Shown here: piece by piece, positions 44,595-49,916 of the stretch
How positions within the stretch are numbered: the stretch's first letter is position 1
Layout: every line of letters starts with the position of its first letter
Assembly (NCBI GenBank): GCA_943704425.1
Contig: CALSCP010001080.1
Coordinates: forward strand, 1 to 49,916
DNA: 49,916 bases
Source: Ministeria vibrans ATCC 50519
Lineage: Eukaryota; Protista; Filasterea
Reading direction: 5' to 3'
Program-made: the position numbers and the translations under genes
The notes under the pieces: generated by a model
What the model was told of the DNA's origin: nothing
The model's database searches: none
The model's input: only the letters and a program-made list of their open reading frames with translations

Positions 44595-47339
44595 TTAAAC
44601 GGACATCTTCTGCAGAGAGAGATCAATATCCTCGGGGGGCGGGGCACTGTCACGACGGGGCGGCATGCGTTCGTTGACCCTGTCCATGGCCTTTGCCTCG
44701 GCAAAGCCCGAGATGGCTGTCTTGATGCCCTCTTTGCCTGAGCTCAAAACACCCACTGGAAGCTGTTTGTTAGGTGTGAGACCCTTGAGCAGCACAATCG
44801 ATTCGCGTTCTTCACGCAGCACAGAGAACTGAGAAGAGAAAAAAAAGAGTAAAAATTAATTATTATTATTATTAATATTAATATAATTAATTATTATGGG
44901 TTGATCAATAGAAACGTGTACCATTCGAGCCATTTTGCCAATTGCCATAATCTTGTTCTTAATGACATCTTTCCTTGCGGCCAAATCTAAAAACGCGTAT
45001 CGTGTCAGTTCTTTTCGTTCTGTCTCTCTCGCTCTCAATCTACCGTCTTCTTCTTGTGAGCTTCGAGCGGGCGTATCTTGTTCCTTGAGCTCACTCTCAG
45101 TGCAAATGTTCAGAATTGCCATCAGCATATCAGTCACTACAAAAAAAATAACATATATAATCAATCGTTATGTCATTATTGTTTTTTTTTTCCTTTTTAC
45201 CCTTTTCGCCGACAAATGGAAGAGACCAAGTGAAAACGTCCATAAAGTTGGGCAGCCAGTAAGGGTGAGGAGACGCATTGAACTGTCGGATGTTCATCAC
45301 ATTGTTCTCGTACTTGAGCACAGCCGCTGAAAGAGAGATGAAAAAGGAGAGTGAGTCAAGTGAAAAGATGAGAATGATATGATGGGTTTGTGACGGACCT
45401 TTGTTGTTGTACACATCAAGGTAGTTTGGAGCAGAAAAGATGGTAATGACAGAGGGGAAACCAGTTGTCTGACACTTTCGGTACATACGATACCTTGAGA
45501 AAATAAAAACATATACCACACACACATGAAACAACAAAAAATAAGTACACGACCCTCCGCTTAACACTCCTTTTACCCGGCATCCTGTGCCTCGTGGGCG
45601 CGAATGATACTGAGCAGATGGTTGTTCTCCAGGAAGGTCGTGGCAGCCGCGTAGCTGTAAAAGTAGGAGCAGCCACGCACATTGTTGTGGGTAAAGTGCT
45701 CGCCCGTCTTCTCATTGCCAAAGTCTTCGAGTGGATCAGACCACAACAGATCACACATGGGTCCAAACGCAGGTGGTTCGCAGAAGCGGTCCAACTGTAT
45801 GAACGTGTGAGAATGACAATAAATACAACTCTGATATTGTCTCGTACTGCTTTGATTGAGTCGAGAGTGGTGAGTTCGGGCGAGAGACCACCGTGGACAC
45901 AAAGAAACTGTTTGTTCATAAGAGCAGCAAGAGGAAGCGCATCAAAGGAGTCCATGCATGCTTCGTAGACTGCCTCGGTGTACTTGTACTCGCCTGTGCA
46001 GCACAAGTAAAAAAAAAAAAAAAACACAAGCAAGATCAATTATTTGTGTGCAAATTCGTCCAATTTAACAGATCATGTTTCTTACACTCTTGTTTGAAGG
46101 TAAAGTACTCTGTCAAGTGTCGGCACTCGTGGTTACCACGCAGCAGGAAAAAGGTGTCTTTGTAGGTGATTTTGAGTGACCACAGATAGAGCACACACTA
46201 GTAACACACGAAAACAAGACGTGAGTAAAAATTGTTACAATTATAAGTTGTACCTCAATGGAAAAGTAGCCACGGTCAACGTAGTCGCCGAGAAACAGGT
46301 AGCGAGTCGTTGCAGGGTCACCACCAACCTCAAACAGCTTCATCAGATCAAAGTACTGTCCGTGCACATCACCACACACTGAAAAGAAGAATATGGCAAA
46401 AGCAAAAATAATAATAATAATAATACCAATTAGCTTCGCATGTCACACTGTCCATCACACTCACCTGTCAAGGGTGCATCCACATTGACCAGCGTCTCTT
46501 CGGCCGCGAGTACTTCTGTTCCCTATAAGTAAAATGACACCACAAATTACACACACACACACTCTCTCTCTCTCTCCGTTTTTATGAATGTGTCATTTTC
46601 CAAACCTGCTTAATGATTCGCAAGGCAAGCTCCTCGGTGAGGCGCCCCTCGTGGAAAAAATGCTCCTTCAGCTGCACAGCAAAGCGAGAACAAGGCGCGG
46701 GATGAGCGACGCGAAGGGTATTTTGAGACGCTGCTTTTTCGAGGCGCAAAGAAAAGCGATAATCGGACGCTGAAGAGCCCTGCGGCAGCACTGCGCGGGC
46801 GCAACCTTGAAAACCCCATCAGCCACGGATGCAGACGCAGCAATTTTCGCGGAACAAACGGCAGTTTTGGTTTGAAAGCGGAAAATGGAAGGAGAAAAAA
46901 AAAGAAGAGACATTAGACGAACTTGGCGAAGCAACGGCGCACTCAGGGCCACGCTGCCGAGCAGGAGCAGCACACCAGGACGCTGGCGGCGCCATTGGAC
47001 TTGGCGGGGTGCGGATTGAAGTGCGAATAAGAACCAAACGCTCAAAGTTGATTCAAAGTTTTCAAAAAAAANNNNNNNNNAAAAAAAAACGAGCTCGACA
47101 AACTGATGAGGACGATGTGAAGAGGGGGATAGAAGGAAGGAAGGTGTGCGGTTGGAGTGGGGTGGCAGCGGGGGCTGGGTGGCATACGGGGAGCGGCAGG
47201 GCAGAGTGTTTAAGGATTCGTATTGTACCTTTTGGTGGTTTGGCAATGGACCGTTGTCGTAGACGTCTGCCACCGTCAGTCTGTTTGTCCTGGGAGGTGG
47301 CACCTCCTTGCACATGCGGGTGTCATCTTCGCCGGACAT
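44595..47339 (-). CDS. PPP3C: Calcineurin A catalytic subunit (PP2B)
   Basis: Multi-exon. [30 protein letters not shown], CnB-binding [15 protein letters not shown], CaM-binding [20 protein letters not shown], autoinhibitory [16 protein letters not shown]. Confidence 0.97.
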
Positions 47340-47728
47340 TTGGACCAAATCGAAGGGAGATTAAAGAAAGAATAACTGATTAATCATTAATTAGTATTCT
47401 GTAGAGTTACCGAGTCAGTCGGCTGATCGAGCTCATTGCGTTGTTCTTCTCTGCATTCATTCTCGCTTGTCTGCTAGACTCAATGTGATGGAACTCATAC
47501 TTTAGATCTGGTCTACCGGCCTGGAGAGTGGAGAGTGGAGACGGAGTTATTGACTTGGCTATAAAAGGGTGAAAAAAGGACTTACCAAACACGTCTTGCC
47601 GAAAATAATTTTAGTCATTGCACAGTTTTTGCAGTTTTGCTCTCCTGCGTCTCCTTCCCAAGACTTGTGGCGGCGATTGTGTGCGTCGTTGGTTGTGAGT
47701 TGTGACCCCTTTCGTTTGGTCTCTTGCA

Positions 47729-49797
47729 ATGGTCTTGCGAGTGCTGCTGTGCCTTGTCTGCACATTCGCCGTTTGCAGAGCAGTTTCTGTGCACCTGCGC
47801 TCCTCTCAGGCGCTCGTCATGCCGGGCGACAGCACCAGCGTGCCCGTCCTCGTCGACTGCGACGGTGCCGAATGCGACGTTCGGCTTGTGGCTCAGACAG
47901 AGACAGCAAGCGATGATGGCGCTGGCATGATTTTTGGCAGTGCCGATGCGCTGTGGGCGAGCACGCGCCTTGGCGTGTCCGCCAGACTTGTGCCCTGCAT
48001 TGTCGGTCGCTACACCCATTTAATGGTGGTCACAGCGAGCCGCGACGCTCCCCCGAGCTCCGTCGTGCACTTTTCGGTTCAGATCGACGGGCAATTGCAC
48101 AGCGACCGCACCAGTTTCAGCGGCGCCTCGCCCGTCAGCGTGCACGTCGGTAGATCTCGTGGCCCAGACCTCTTTGCATTGGACCCCCAACAGTCTACGG
48201 AGGAGCATTTCATGCAAAACCTCTGCGCTCCTCCCTTTACAGAGAGGTCTGACAGCACTGCCGAGCAGCGTCGCAGCAGCAGCAGCAGCAGCGATGGTGA
48301 CGCTACGCTCGTCGAGGAGGAACGCGTGCGTCGCCTGACCGAACTTACTTCAACCTCCATTGTCAATCCGGAGCCCTCGTTTGCACTGCCCACAGAGACG
48401 TTTGTCGTCAGCGAGACATTTGTGAGTGCACCCACAGCCACCAGTGTTCCCGTTGCGTACTCAAGCAACTGCAACCAGGCATCAGCGTGTGAGATTGTGG
48501 CACCAGGCGCCACCTTGAGCGTGCCTGCGGGTGCGCTTGAGGCCAACACCACCGTTGGCATAGTGATCCTTTCGGCCGCCGACGAGCAGCCCAACCCCAT
48601 TGCCGACTACGAACCGCGCCTTACGCCTGTGTACACCCTCACACCCATAGGTGCCATCGCCCTTCCACCCAAAAAATTCTTCATTACGCTACAACTTCCT
48701 GTGGACACCGAGCGTGCCGGGCTCATGGTCGCCTCCGACAACTCTAGTGCTCTTGTCGGGCGTCGACGAGCACCCTCGCAGTGGACTCAAGTCGGTGTTT
48801 CCAATATGGTCTTTGAGCACAATGCAACATCTGGCATGAACGGTAATAGAACAAAAGACAGAATTATTATTAATAATTAATATCAGAATTATAATTATTA
48901 TCATTATTATTATTATTGTTATTATTATTAATAGTTATCAATAATAATACAGACTAACGTTGTTTTGTTTTTCTTTATATTCTGCACACCAGTTCTCTCT
49001 GCTGAAATTTCGGGGTTGTATCAGTTTGTGGCTGCATTTCAATCGTCGCCGCTGGGCGCGTGTAGTCCCAATGCGTCAAGCAGCTGTTCCACAGGTGGGG
49101 GTGATGTACCGCCAGCACCATCGTCAAACGACACAAACACTTCGCTCATTGTGGGCATACTTGTTGGCATTATTGGCGCCACTTTCTTGGTGCTGTTGAT
49201 CATCTGTATTGTGGTGAAGACAAACCAATCGAAGCGATCGGGATCACTCTCACTCCACGAAAACCTCGAAAATCAGGTAAAAAACAATGATAACAATGCT
49301 CTGCAGCATTACCCTTATTTTCAAAACAACCATTAATAATAATAATAATTATATTTTTATAATTTTTTTCTCTCTTTGTGCAGGGACGGTCCGGTCAGAG
49401 AGTGAACCGAAGCTTATCACAGCTGTCGATGCGAATGAATGGCGAGGATGGAGAAGCCAAGAAGAAGAAGCCCAAGTGGCCACCGGTAGTGACGACCTAT
49501 GATCAACGACGTGCTGTTATGCGCCAAGCGGCGGCTGCGTGCCTCAGCGGAAGCAGTGATCTCTACGCACAGAGCGACCATAGCACACCCGCCGTTAGTC
49601 ACGGTGCGGCTGCAACGGCACTGCAAGACACGTCTTCGTTGTCGGCGTATCTCGACGGAAGCGAAGGAGCGCTGTTTTTCCTCCAGCCGACCATTCTGGC
49701 GGAGACAGTGGAAATGGAAACGCATGTGGGAGAGTTTTCGGTCATGTTCGATCAAATGGACGCACACGAAGAGCGTCTGAAGGGATCAGAGATTTAA
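47729..49797 (+). CDS. Type I membrane protein with extracellular ZU5-like domain
   Basis: Exons 47729-48842, 48993-49276, 49384-49797. Signal MVLRVLLCLVCTFAVCRA; GATLSVPAGAL...LTPVYTLTP...ITLQLP; TM LIVGILVGIIGATFLVLLIICIVV. Confidence 0.75.
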
Positions 49798-49806
49798 ATA
49801 GTCGAG

Positions 49807-49916
<110 letters not shown>

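Overview
Gene-dense, intron-rich eukaryotic nuclear DNA with GT-AG introns often filled with (CA)n/(GA)n/(ATT)n microsatellites and four N-gaps. The animal-like calmodulin, receptor-type PTP and FG-GAP repeats suggest a unicellular relative of animals (inference only). Manual splicing gives about 17 genes: a Kelch/Cys-rich/EGF receptor TKL kinase; anoctamin and an SNX13/14/25-type nexin, both 3'-truncated at a shared (AAT)n tract; calmodulin; TOM7 (absent from the ORF track); a secreted protein with bacterial-type Ig-like repeats; a giant PH/coiled-coil protein; a 5'-truncated SENP6/7-type SUMO protease; BLTP3/UHRF1BP1; a small myristoylated protein; a receptor pseudo-phosphatase; a membrane-anchored JmjC oxygenase; a small PH protein; a mitochondrial PanB-PanE fusion; a WD40-Roc-COR-caspase-like gene; an EGF/FG-GAP pseudogene; calcineurin A; and a ZU5-like membrane protein. 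The top candidate for a new system is the WD40-Roc-COR-peptidase C14 gene (37623-42675). Its sensor repeats sit on six consecutive symmetric 126-nt exons and vary at ligand-facing positions, which suggests a shuffle-able immune or cell-death receptor. The second is the PanB-PanE fusion, whose linker carries an internal mitochondrial-presequence-like cleavage motif.
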